A model generated the notes under the pieces. The model saw only the letters and a program-made list of their open reading frames with translations, was not told the DNA's origin and ran no database searches. From the IMG/VR virus record IMGVR_UViG_3300020472_000025, positions 1 to 59,308 of that record: a stretch of DNA of 59,308 bases; one strand, 5' to 3'. Below, one piece after another: positions 39,016 through 47,385 of this stretch (positions are counted from its first letter, which is position 1; every line of letters starts with the position of its first letter). The position numbers and the translations under genes are program-made. Origin of the DNA: a virus. Lineage: Duplodnaviria; Caudoviricetes.

Positions 39016-39833
39016 TGGACATACAGGAGATTATGGTTAGGATGCGAGAGATTCAGAATCCTCGCATCAATATCATAGACAATACTACTATTACTACGAG
39101 TACTATCCCAAACACTCAGGTATCTGAAATAAGAAATCAGGATATCCAAAATGTTAATACTGGGGATATTAGAACTTATGAGATTAGGGATCCTGTTGTG
39201 TATGGTTTGACTGTACCTGTCACTGTGAGTGCAGGTAAACCTATTGTTAACATACCTGGTTGTGTTAAAGCACACAAGGATGGGGGCAGTAAGAATAAGA
39301 ACCTCGTAGACGATGACCCTAAGGGTGTAATGACGTACTGTGATGGGCAGTCACCATCATTTAATTCTATGGATTATAATGCTGATGAGTTAGTAATTAA
39401 GCAGGAAAAATACGAACCAAACCTCAAGATACCACCACCTGAGGTTCCAGAACCACCTGAGGTTCCACCGATAGAATGCTATGATCCACAGATCAAAGAC
39501 CCTGTAACGGGTCAGTGTATTGATAAACCTACACAGAATACCGAACAAAAGGATGATGGTCCTTCGTTCGCAGAACAATATTTACCTGAGATGAGTACGG
39601 TTACCACTACTGCAGCGATAGCAGTGGTCGCTACCTCATCAGCATTACTTGCTAAACCATTAGCAGATCTATTACTTAAGGTCATTAAACCTGCAGTCAA
39701 GCAGGCAATGACCAAAATCCAAAGACTACTGGGTAAGAATCCATATAAGCCATCAAAGAGTGAGATACAAGCTAACGCATACAGAGAGAAGAAAGGACTG
39801 CTACCACTAAAACCTCAGAAAAAGAAGAAGTAG
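39015..39833 (+). CDS. Hypothetical Pro-rich protein with C-terminal hydrophobic helix and basic tail
   Basis: PIVNIPGCV, PPEVPEPPEVPP, TTAAIAVVATSSALLAKPLADLLL. Confidence 0.7.
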   Translation: MDIQEIMVRMREIQNPRINIIDNTTITTSTIPNTQVSEIRNQDIQNVNTGDIRTYEIRDPVVYGLTVPVTVSAGKPIVNIPGCVKAHKDGGSKNKNLVDDDPKGVMTYCDGQSPSFNSMDYNADELVIKQEKYEPNLKIPPPEVPEPPEVPPIECYDPQIKDPVTGQCIDKPTQNTEQKDDGPSFAEQYLPEMSTVTTTAAIAVVATSSALLAKPLADLLLKVIKPAVKQAMTKIQRLLGKNPYKPSKSEIQANAYREKKGLLPLKPQKKKK

Positions 39834-39853
39834 GCATAAATTTTTGTGTATAT

Positions 39854-39867
39854 GTATCAGCGTATAC
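39854..39867 (+). promoter_or_regulatory. NtcA-box-like site GTA-N8-TAC
   Basis: tGTAtcagcgtaTAC; TAGAAT -10-like box 24 nt downstream (39892); late TATAAATA at 39880. Confidence 0.5.
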
Positions 39868-39963
39868 GGACCTAACTTGTATAAATAATGGTAGAATTGG
39901 GACAACCAAGATGCATCCAAACCTCTAAATTATGAGGTCCACGTTGAGTAAAGGAGGAACCAA

Positions 39964-40122
39964 ATGTACAGTCATCTATCATCAAATCAATTGGCAGAAT
40001 GGAATCACAACATTGAGCAGACACCAATAGAAGACCCTATAGACGAATACTTTGAGTGCTTGATTGAGTGTGATGATAGTCAGTCCAGTTGTCGAAGACT
40101 CTGCGGAGATCTTCTAAAGTAA
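39964..40122 (+). CDS. Small acidic four-Cys peptide, 52 aa (not in ORF track)
   Basis: Strong AAGGAGG RBS; MYSHLSSNQLAEW...YFECLIECDDSQSSCRRLCGDLLK*. Confidence 0.75.
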   Translation: MYSHLSSNQLAEWNHNIEQTPIEDPIDEYFECLIECDDSQSSCRRLCGDLLK

Positions 40123-40140
40123 AATTCATTCATTTGCTTC

Positions 40141-40169
40141 GTCCCTCCTTGAGAGGGACTTTTTATTTT
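40141..40169 (+). terminator. Intrinsic terminator
   Basis: GTCCCTC-cttga-GAGGGAC followed by a T-rich tail. Confidence 0.75.
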
Positions 40170-40171
40170 GC

Positions 40172-40177
40172 TAAATA
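40172..40177 (+). promoter_or_regulatory. Late promoter (TAAATA) for the aaRS-like gene and tRNA
   Basis: ctaaatag 20 nt before ATG 40198. Confidence 0.65.
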
Positions 40178-40197
40178 GATTAGTTTGTCCAAAAATA

Positions 40198-40995
40198 ATG
40201 ACAGCCCTAATTGATCCAAAAGAATATTCCGACGTGGTTGACCTATTGAGGTCATTTTTTTTGTCTAAAAATTTCCTTGAGGTTCATACCCAAAATCGTT
40301 TAAGTATTCTTGCTGCTTGTGAAGACCCAGAAACCGTAGCAACCTATAATTACAATGGTCAAGTATGGCCACTGCCACAGACAGGTCAGATGTGGTTAGA
40401 ATATGAATTACTATCCAACCCCAAAGCAGAGGGGTTTTTCTGTGTCTCAACGTCATACAGGGCAGAACCAGATCCTGTACCAGGAAGACATGAAGTTATC
40501 TTCCCCATGTTTGAGTTCGAGATGAAGGGTGGTGTTAAAGAACTCGAAGATATGGAGAAAGAATTGTGTGAATGGTTAGGTATACCATTAGACCAAGTGA
40601 ATGTTAAGACCTATAAGGATTGGGGTGACAAGTTTAATGCAAAAGAACTTGACCACGATCATGAGAAAAAGATTCGTCGAGGTATGATTACTGAGTTCCC
40701 TGAATGGACATCACCTTTCTGGAACATGGCAAGAAATTCTGACGATACCAGTAAGAAGATTGATGTTATCTTAGGTGGTAAAGAAACTATCGGTAGTGCT
40801 GAAAGGAGTACCGACAAGGATCAGATGAGAGAGACCTTCTATACTATATCAGATGGTAAGTATGCTCAACTTATTATTGATCTGTTTGGTAAGGAAAGAG
40901 TAGAGAAAGAACTAGAAGAGTTTCTTGAGTTCGACTTCTTCCCTAGGAGTGGAGGAGGTATAGGTATACAGCGTCTTATATCAGCCCTTAAGTAG
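40198..40995 (+). CDS. Class IIb (Asp/Asn-type) aminoacyl-tRNA-synthetase-like protein, catalytic domain only (265 aa)
   Basis: Motif 1-like LRSFF..NFLEVHT, motif 2 SYRAE..GRH..FPMFEFE, ETIGSAER, motif 3 PRSGGGIGIQRL; no N-terminal OB-fold anticodon-binding domain. Confidence 0.85.
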   Translation: MTALIDPKEYSDVVDLLRSFFLSKNFLEVHTQNRLSILAACEDPETVATYNYNGQVWPLPQTGQMWLEYELLSNPKAEGFFCVSTSYRAEPDPVPGRHEVIFPMFEFEMKGGVKELEDMEKELCEWLGIPLDQVNVKTYKDWGDKFNAKELDHDHEKKIRRGMITEFPEWTSPFWNMARNSDDTSKKIDVILGGKETIGSAERSTDKDQMRETFYTISDGKYAQLIIDLFGKERVEKELEEFLEFDFFPRSGGGIGIQRLISALK

Positions 40996-41003
40996 GGCTT
41001 CTA

Positions 41004-41093
41004 TGTGAGGTGACGAAACTGGTAAACGTGGCAAGCTGTTTCCTTGCTGTTCTGTTTTGGCGGGACTTGGTGGTTCGACTCCACCCCTCACAG
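41004..41093 (+). tRNA. Atypical tRNA with GUU (Asn) anticodon and long variable arm; CCA not encoded
   Basis: Acceptor TGTGAGG/CCTCACA, G73; D-arm ACG-AAACTGGTAAA-CGT; anticodon arm GCAAG-CTGTTTC-CTTGC; 21-nt variable region with 7-bp stem; T-arm GGTGG-TTCGACT-CCACC. Confidence 0.85.
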
Positions 41094-42245
41094 TTATTTG
41101 TCTACAACAGCTGGATTAGATATTGAGATTGGTTCGAATACGAAGTCTTCATTAGGACCTATGGTTTCTCTCTTGATGAGTGTTGCCTTTCCTTTATCAT
41201 CATACTCAAAGACTGATACCTCTGTTGCTGATGTCTTTACTCGTACTGTCTTATTTTTAATGGTTTGATTACCATCTCCATCAATCTCATAGGTTGTTAC
41301 TTCATCCTTATTGTCGTTAGCAGTTACCTGTGGGATACTATGTGAGTGATTTGGTAGTCCGTTCTGTGGTAAAGTAACCACAACGTCAGCACAAACACTA
41401 GCATATGGTGACTTCGGATGGAACTTTATACCAGATTGCATAAGTTCACCACAATTTTTGAGACGAGCTATCTCAAAGTCTAGTCTTTTGTTGGCAAGTA
41501 TTTGATTTTGTAGTGCTGTCTGTGTATTATATGCTCTCTTACAACCGTTCTGTAGTTGTCTATCTAAAGGTATTGATACCGTTGCACTTATACCTAAATT
41601 AAAATTCAGGTTGTCCTTCTGTCCAGTCCTAGTAGGAATGTAGTAGAGGATCTGACCTGGATCATCTGGGATCCCATCGTCATCATTGTCTGCATTGTTG
41701 TAGACAGGATCATCATAGTAATATTCCTTAGGATTCTGATGCGATAACGCATGTGTCACGAACGGTGTGATATTGAGGGTAGGCCCCTGACACGAGATCC
41801 CATTGCCATATGTGTTTGTAATATATGGACCTTGTAATACTTGTATTGCCTGGTTGGTGACTGAGCCCGAACTATTAGCTATCGGATTGGCAGTCGCACT
41901 AACACCTCCTACGTCTGCTGCATAGGTAGGTGAACATGTTAACGCTGCAATTACTGGGAGAAGATACTTGTTGTATCTGTTACGCTTGTTACGTTGGTGG
42001 TACGTTGGATTATCGTCTGATTGGATATACCTGGTCCCATATATGTAGTCGTTAGTTGGAATGCCGCTCCTGGAGTCGTTATTGTGTAGTCTCCTAGGGT
42101 GGATAGATCCAGTTGAGATGTTGTCTGGGGCGTTGTGTCTGTGGCTGAACCAAGTACGTCTACTGTACCCGCTGTTACGTTTGCGTCGGGTAATAGACTT
42201 GATCCATTGTGTGAAATTCCTGTGCCCGTTACTGAATATTGCCAT
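41094..42245 (-). CDS. Hypothetical exported protein (true start uncertain, probably near 41975)
   Basis: Signal-like KYLLPVIAALTCSPTYA; NQAIQVLQG, NLGISATVSIPLD, RLDFEIARLKNCGEL. Confidence 0.65.
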   Translation of the reverse strand: MAIFSNGHRNFTQWIKSITRRKRNSGYSRRTWFSHRHNAPDNISTGSIHPRRLHNNDSRSGIPTNDYIYGTRYIQSDDNPTYHQRNKRNRYNKYLLPVIAALTCSPTYAADVGGVSATANPIANSSGSVTNQAIQVLQGPYITNTYGNGISCQGPTLNITPFVTHALSHQNPKEYYYDDPVYNNADNDDDGIPDDPGQILYYIPTRTGQKDNLNFNLGISATVSIPLDRQLQNGCKRAYNTQTALQNQILANKRLDFEIARLKNCGELMQSGIKFHPKSPYASVCADVVVTLPQNGLPNHSHSIPQVTANDNKDEVTTYEIDGDGNQTIKNKTVRVKTSATEVSVFEYDDKGKATLIKRETIGPNEDFVFEPISISNPAVVDK

Positions 42246-42421
42246 CCTGTATTATAGTCAATAGAATTAATCGTCTCAGTCACTGTCGAGGTTGTCTCGG
42301 TGTGGCTCGTCATTGAGCCTTGGGTGAAGTTGGGGACCACGGGGACCGCCATCGCAGGTACAACACTTACAAGTGCAGTACCCACAGCAGTCACATATAG
42401 GGCAATCGTTTTCTTCATCAC
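41951..42421 (-). CDS. Hypothetical exported Thr-rich protein
   Basis: Signal peptide ending AMA; VPVVPNFTQGSMTSHTET. Confidence 0.75.
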   Translation of the reverse strand: MMKKTIALYVTAVGTALVSVVPAMAVPVVPNFTQGSMTSHTETTSTVTETINSIDYNTGWQYSVTGTGISHNGSSLLPDANVTAGTVDVLGSATDTTPQTTSQLDLSTLGDYTITTPGAAFQLTTTYMGPGISNQTIIQRTTNVTSVTDTTSIFSQ

Positions 42422-42430
42422 TATATATCA

Positions 42431-42952
42431 CTATCTTACGGTGAGTTCAGATACGAATTGCGTTGTTAATGTAGTACCTGCACCACCAGCAGAAGGAGCA
42501 GCATCACCAGTAGCAAATCCGTGAGCACTGGTAACGTTACCAGCTAGGTCTCCAGCAGATCCAGCAGCAGTAGAATACTGATTAGAGTATGCAGCAACAG
42601 CACCAGTAGAAGGTGCAGAACCTATAGCGTCCCCTGTAGTCAGACTAGTTGTGTAGCTGAATGCATTTCCAGCAGTCGTTTGTGTGGCATCTGGCACTAC
42701 AAACGTAGCAACGCCTGTATTACTTACAGCAGATATACCGCCAAGACTTGCACCAGCAGATCCACCAGACGGTGTTACTGTTGTTGTGACATTATTTCCT
42801 GATATACTAAACGTATTTCCAGATCTGGTAACAGATGTCGCAGCTGCGTCCACAGTTAACGCAGAACTTGTAGTCATACGGTGGTGTATATCGGCTCTTG
42901 CAACAGAGCCACTCATCAAAATCATACCGAAAAGCAAGAATACTTTTCTCAT
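42431..42952 (-). CDS. Hypothetical exported Gly/Ala/Thr-rich protein
   Basis: Signal peptide MRKVFLLFGMILMSGSVARA; ends GAGTTLTTQFVSELTVR. Confidence 0.75.
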   Translation of the reverse strand: MRKVFLLFGMILMSGSVARADIHHRMTTSSALTVDAAATSVTRSGNTFSISGNNVTTTVTPSGGSAGASLGGISAVSNTGVATFVVPDATQTTAGNAFSYTTSLTTGDAIGSAPSTGAVAAYSNQYSTAAGSAGDLAGNVTSAHGFATGDAAPSAGGAGTTLTTQFVSELTVR

Positions 42953-42973
42953 GTGTTTATACCTAGGTGATTC

Positions 42974-42979
42974 TATTTA
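42974..42979 (-). promoter_or_regulatory. Late promoter (TAAATA) for the minus-strand three-gene operon
   Basis: TATTTA on + strand, 21 nt upstream of the 42952 start. Confidence 0.6.
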
Positions 42980-43045
42980 GCTGATTGAGACATGTTACAA
43001 ATGTACTATTCGGAAAGCACTACCCCTAGTATCAGGCCGATATGC

Positions 43046-43053
43046 TATAAATA
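43046..43053 (+). promoter_or_regulatory. TATAAATA promoter for hsp20
   Basis: Exact late consensus, preceded by TGC. Confidence 0.75.
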
Positions 43054-43055
43054 TA

Positions 43056-43113
43056 TGTGGTTGCCTTCGGGGACCACACAAACAAACTCGCTTAGTAAAG
43101 GAGCATACCAATG
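43056..43113 (+). promoter_or_regulatory. Structured hsp20 5' UTR (UUCG hairpin plus ROSE-like SD hairpin)
   Basis: TGTGGT..CC-TTCG-GG..ACCACA; CTC(G)CTT-agta-AAGGAG. Confidence 0.6.
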
Positions 43114-43539
43114 GGAAACCTAACACGTTATCGTGCGACAGATCTTCCACAGCTAATGGAAAAGATCAACAAGTATGGCATAGGATTAGATACATACTTT
43201 GATTCTTTCTTTAGTCAAGATCAATCGACAAACTACCCACCCTACAATTTGATTCATCTTAGTAATCATGAATCACGTTTGGAGGTCGCACTAGCAGGAT
43301 TTAAAAAGGATGAAGTCAAAGTGTATACCGAGTATGGTAAACTCTTTGTAGAAGGTAAGGTAGAAGAGAAAGAAGAACCAGAGTATGCTTACAGGGGACT
43401 CTCTAAGAGGAACTTCAGTAGGTCATGGCAACTCTCTGAGGATGTAGAGATCAAGCATGTTGATTTCGAAGATGGACTACTGAATGTCTTACTTGGTAAG
43501 ATAGTTCCTGAGCACCATGCAAGAAAAGACTATATGTGA
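43111..43539 (+). CDS. hsp20: Small heat-shock protein (IbpA-like)
   Basis: NYPPYNL, LEVALAGF, YRGLSKRNFSRSW, FEDGLLNV, VPEH. Confidence 0.96.
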   Translation: MGNLTRYRATDLPQLMEKINKYGIGLDTYFDSFFSQDQSTNYPPYNLIHLSNHESRLEVALAGFKKDEVKVYTEYGKLFVEGKVEEKEEPEYAYRGLSKRNFSRSWQLSEDVEIKHVDFEDGLLNVLLGKIVPEHHARKDYM

Positions 43540-43569
43540 TAGTATACATATAGTAACTACATATCCAGA

Positions 43570-43770
43570 GTGAAGTTCGAAGATTATTACAAAGAATTTT
43601 GTGAGGTTTTTGGTCATCCACTCTGGATGCTGCCAATGATGTGTATAGGATTCTTCCTTATGGTAGAAGTTATGCATACCAAATACCATATGGATGGTAC
43701 ACAGGATGCACATGGATTCTGTGGCAGGCAGGAATGGGTAAAAGAATTAATGGAGGAGGATGACTACTGA
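43570..43770 (+). CDS. Hypothetical membrane protein
   Basis: GTG start; FGHPLWMLPMMCIGFFLMVEVMH, DAHGFC. Confidence 0.6.
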   Translation: MKFEDYYKEFCEVFGHPLWMLPMMCIGFFLMVEVMHTKYHMDGTQDAHGFCGRQEWVKELMEEDDY

Positions 43771-44083
43771 ATCACAATTTACAGAAGTACCTGGTACTGA
43801 CGTATCAGATACTGCACCAGGACTAATTCCAGAATCATTTCCAGGAGGTGATCCACTATCAGAGATTCATCAGCATTTGCACGATCTAAATCAAAAGGTA
43901 GATCATTTATTAAAGTCAAGGGTGGAACTTCTATCTAAGATAGACCATCTACTTGAGCATGCACATCAACCATTGGAGGGTCACATAACCCTTCATCCAC
44001 CTGCTAAGGTGCCATCAGGGGAAGATGTATGGGACGGTGATCCTAACTGTGAAGATTGTATACCAGATCCCGATCTGATATAG
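43760..44083 (+). CDS. Hypothetical protein with His-rich coiled coil and C-terminal CxxC
   Basis: GGAGGAGG RBS; heptad LHDLNQKVDHLL; NCEDC. Confidence 0.6.
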   Translation: MTTESQFTEVPGTDVSDTAPGLIPESFPGGDPLSEIHQHLHDLNQKVDHLLKSRVELLSKIDHLLEHAHQPLEGHITLHPPAKVPSGEDVWDGDPNCEDCIPDPDLI

Positions 44084-44104
44084 AGCCTATATAAAACACA
44101 ACCG

Positions 44105-44127
44105 AAGAGACCTCAGGGTCTCTTTTT
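44105..44127 (+). terminator. Intrinsic terminator
   Basis: AAGAGACC-tcag-GGTCTCTT followed by Ts. Confidence 0.75.
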
Positions 44128-44141
44128 GTTTGGAGACAAAA

Positions 44142-44384
44142 ATGAATATGTATGTTAATCTATGTCCAGCATACACTGAGAAGAGTGAGACTCTTACAGT
44201 GGACATTCCACCTGATCAGATGGATGAGTTTATGCAATATGTCCACATTCTATCTGAAGAGAAGAACATTAATGCCCGTCGAGCATTCACAGATTTAATT
44301 AAAGAATCGTACTACACACTAATGGAGAAAGATTATGAGCGTAAAGGTCGTAAGAATGCAAAACGGAGAGGACGTAATCGCTGA
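44142..44384 (+). CDS. Hypothetical protein
   Basis: GGAG RBS, ATG 44142; basic C-terminus. Confidence 0.6.
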   Translation: MNMYVNLCPAYTEKSETLTVDIPPDQMDEFMQYVHILSEEKNINARRAFTDLIKESYYTLMEKDYERKGRKNAKRRGRNR

Positions 44385-44709
44385 CGTTAAGGAGATGCGT
44401 CAGAGTGAGGAAGGTCCTGCTATGGCATATAAATTGGAATTTCCATATGCTTTAACTATCAAACCTAATGGAACGTTACTGTTGGAACAAGAACAGTCAC
44501 TTGATTTAGATGAGATTGACATAGAGTTTCAGACATATGTTCCATTGTCAAAGCACTCTTATATATTCATACCGATACCATCAGTGGCACTTATATATGA
44601 ACCACATGATAACCTCTTATCAAAGTACAACGAACTGTTAGAATCCAATGCTCAAACTAATACTACTGAAGACGAACTGCCAATTACACCTGTTGGGACA
44701 GCTGACTGA
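44335..44709 (+). CDS. Conserved hypothetical protein (Sm-like fold) upstream of gp43
   Basis: VKVVRMQNGEDVIADVKE...IYEPH..L..KY. Confidence 0.7.
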   Translation: MSVKVVRMQNGEDVIADVKEMRQSEEGPAMAYKLEFPYALTIKPNGTLLLEQEQSLDLDEIDIEFQTYVPLSKHSYIFIPIPSVALIYEPHDNLLSKYNELLESNAQTNTTEDELPITPVGTAD

Positions 44710-44893
44710 GTTGGATGAAGAACCTAGTCTTCTCATAGAGAAATGTATGAAGGTGAATGATGATGGTTCATTAGAACCATACCCTAAGCATACAGACCAG
44801 AGAGATTTGTTCTTGACATCTGACCTACTCTTTACTATAATGGATCCATCTGCTACTATTGCAGATGCTTACAAGAAAGCGACTGGAGGTTGA
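44648..44893 (+). CDS. Conserved hypothetical protein upstream of gp43
   Basis: LKLILLK...EP..L...FLTSD..FTIMDP. Confidence 0.65.
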   Translation: MLKLILLKTNCQLHLLGQLTELDEEPSLLIEKCMKVNDDGSLEPYPKHTDQRDLFLTSDLLFTIMDPSATIADAYKKATGG

Positions 44894-47385
44894 TGGATTT
44901 TTATACGGACGTTCTTCTCCTTGGCGATGATATACTCTATAGAGGGTATGAAGGCCAAGAACCTGTCCAGTACAGGGAGAAGGTTCGACCTACCTTATAT
45001 TTTGTACCAGAGGATCAATCCAAAAAGTCAAAGTATAAGACTCTAGATGGACGTTATGCACACCCTAAGAAGTTCGATGGAGCTAGGGATGCTCGTAGTT
45101 TCATTGAGAAGTATGAGCATGTTGATGGTCTAGAGGTACATGGGTACGAACGGTTCGTGTATCAGTACATTGCTGAGAGATTCCCTGACGAGATCCGTTT
45201 TGATATGGATGCGATGAAGATCTTTACGATTGACATCGAAGTTGGATGTGATAATGGGTTCCCCTCTGTTGAGGAGTGCCGTGAGGAGGTGCTATGCATC
45301 ACCATGAAGGATGTTGTCTCCAAGAAAATTGTTACTTGGGGTAGCAGGGAATTTAATGCTCCCGATAACGTAGAGTATCGGGTCTTTTGGACGGAGCAGG
45401 AGTTGTTACAGGACTTCCATACGTGGTGGGTCAATAATACTCCCGATGTCATTACAGGTTGGAACTGTAATTTATATGACATCCCGTACATCTGTCGTCG
45501 CATGGAGCGGGTGCTAGGTGAGAAGTGGAAGAAGTCCCTCTCACCATGGAATAGAGTAGTAGATAGAGAGTTAGTCATTAGGGGTCGTAAGCAACTGGCA
45601 TATCAAATTGCTGGTGTTACGATCCTTGACTATCTTGATCTCTATCAGAAGTTTACTTATTCAGCACAAGCATCCTATCGACTTGATCATATTGCTAATG
45701 TGGAACTAGGACAACAGAAACTAGATCACAGTGAGTATGAGAACTTTAAAGCATTCTATACAAACGATTGGCAGAAGTTTGTAGAGTATAATATACTTGA
45801 CGTGGAACTTGTTGACCGTTTGGAAGACAAGATGAAACTAATTGAGTTAGCATTAACCTTATCTTATGACGCTAAGGTTAATCTGTCTGATGTTTATAGT
45901 CAGGTACGTATGTGGGACACTCTCATATATAATGACTTGACGAAGAGAAACATTGTTGTTCCACCAAAGATAAGTAGTAAAAAAGATGACCAGTATGCAG
46001 GAGCTTATGTTAAAGAACCTACACCAGGCATGTATGAATGGGTTGCGAGTTTTGATCTTAACTCCCTGTATCCTCATCTCATCATGCAGTACAACATCTC
46101 CCCAGAAACCCTCGTTGATAGAAGACATCCAACAGCCAGTGTTGATGGATTGCTTAGTAGAGAAGTCGGGATTACTGGAGATTACGCCGTGTGTGCCAAT
46201 GGAGCACAATACCGCAAGGACATCCACGGATTCCTCCCAGAAATGATGCAACGGATCTACGAAGACCGTACGATCTATAAGAAAAAGATGCTTAAGGCTA
46301 AGCAAGACTATGAGCACACCCCCACAACAGAACTCCAAAAGGACATTGCTAGATATAATAATATCCAGATGGCCAGAAAGATCCAACTTAACTCTGCCTA
46401 TGGTGCAATCGGTAACCAGTACTTCAGGTATTACAATCTTGCGAACGCTGAAGCCATCACCTTGTCAGGACAAGTCTCAATCCGATGGATAGAGAATAAA
46501 ATAAACCAGTACATGAATAAGGTACTTAAAACTGAGGAACATGATTATGTTATTGCTTCTGATACCGATTCCATTTATTTGCATATGGGTCCTTTGGTTA
46601 AAGCTGTATTCGAGGGCAGAGAGAAAAGCAGTGAGAGCACTCTTAGGTTCCTTAAAAAGGTGTGTGATGTGGAACTTGATAAGTATATCCAAAATTCTTA
46701 CCAAGAACTGGCTACCTATGTAAATGCTTATGATCAGAAGATGATCATGGCACGAGAGAATATTGCTGATAAGGGTATCTGGACTGCAAAGAAGAGGTAC
46801 ATCCTTAATGTATGGAATAGTGAGGGTGTTCAGTATGAGAAACCCAAACTAAAGATGATGGGTATAGAAGCAGTTAAGTCTTCTACACCTATGCCTTGTC
46901 GTTCAGCAATTAAAGAGACACTAGATCTTGTCATGACTGGTACTGAGGATCAGGTTCAGACATATGTGTCTACGTTTAGGAAGAAATTTGAGACACTACC
47001 GTTTGAGGACATAGCATTCCCACGTAGTTGTAACAATATACAAAAGTTCTCTTCCAGCAAAGACATCTATGGTAAGGGGTGTCCCATTCATGTACGTGGG
47101 TCACTATTATATAATTTTTATGTTAAGAAACATAAGATAGCACATAAGTTTCCACTCATTCAGGAGGGTGAGAAAATTAAGTACATGTATTTGAGAAAAC
47201 CAAATCGTATAGGAGAGAATGTCATCTCGTTCTTCCAAACTTTACCAAAAGAGTTTGAGCTTGACGGATCGATAGATTATGACTTACAATTTGAGAAGAG
47301 TTTTCTTGCACCAATCAAGGTTATCCTTGATGCTATAGGTTGGTCCCCTGAGAAACGTGTATCACTGGAGCATATTTTTGGATGA
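44893..47385 (+). CDS. gp43: Family B DNA polymerase gp43
   Basis: DIEV Exo[33 protein letters not shown]. Confidence 0.99.
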   Translation: MDFYTDVLLLGDDILYRGYEGQEPVQYREKVRPTLYFVPEDQSKKSKYKTLDGRYAHPKKFDGARDARSFIEKYEHVDGLEVHGYERFVYQYIAERFPDEIRFDMDAMKIFTIDIEVGCDNGFPSVEECREEVLCITMKDVVSKKIVTWGSREFNAPDNVEYRVFWTEQELLQDFHTWWVNNTPDVITGWNCNLYDIPYICRRMERVLGEKWKKSLSPWNRVVDRELVIRGRKQLAYQIAGVTILDYLDLYQKFTYSAQASYRLDHIANVELGQQKLDHSEYENFKAFYTNDWQKFVEYNILDVELVDRLEDKMKLIELALTLSYDAKVNLSDVYSQVRMWDTLIYNDLTKRNIVVPPKISSKKDDQYAGAYVKEPTPGMYEWVASFDLNSLYPHLIMQYNISPETLVDRRHPTASVDGLLSREVGITGDYAVCANGAQYRKDIHGFLPEMMQRIYEDRTIYKKKMLKAKQDYEHTPTTELQKDIARYNNIQMARKIQLNSAYGAIGNQYFRYYNLANAEAITLSGQVSIRWIENKINQYMNKVLKTEEHDYVIASDTDSIYLHMGPLVKAVFEGREKSSESTLRFLKKVCDVELDKYIQNSYQELATYVNAYDQKMIMARENIADKGIWTAKKRYILNVWNSEGVQYEKPKLKMMGIEAVKSSTPMPCRSAIKETLDLVMTGTEDQVQTYVSTFRKKFETLPFEDIAFPRSCNNIQKFSSSKDIYGKGCPIHVRGSLLYNFYVKKHKIAHKFPLIQEGEKIKYMYLRKPNRIGENVISFFQTLPKEFELDGSIDYDLQFEKSFLAPIKVILDAIGWSPEKRVSLEHIFG

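Noticed and set aside
39434-39468. Short direct repeat CCACCTGAGGTTCCA x2
   Set aside because: Simple Pro-rich linker duplication (PPEVPEPPEVPP)
39964-40122. CP12 as the identity of the Cys peptide, or a glutamine riboswitch in its leader
   Set aside because: Lacks CP12 motifs and Cys spacing; the leader lacks the CGUUC/GAACG core I would expect
41044-41268. 74-aa + strand ORF
   Set aside because: Overlaps the tRNA and lies antisense to a better-supported gene
41094-42952. Curli (CsgA/F/G) operon
   Set aside because: No curlin repeats or recognisable CsgF/CsgG motifs
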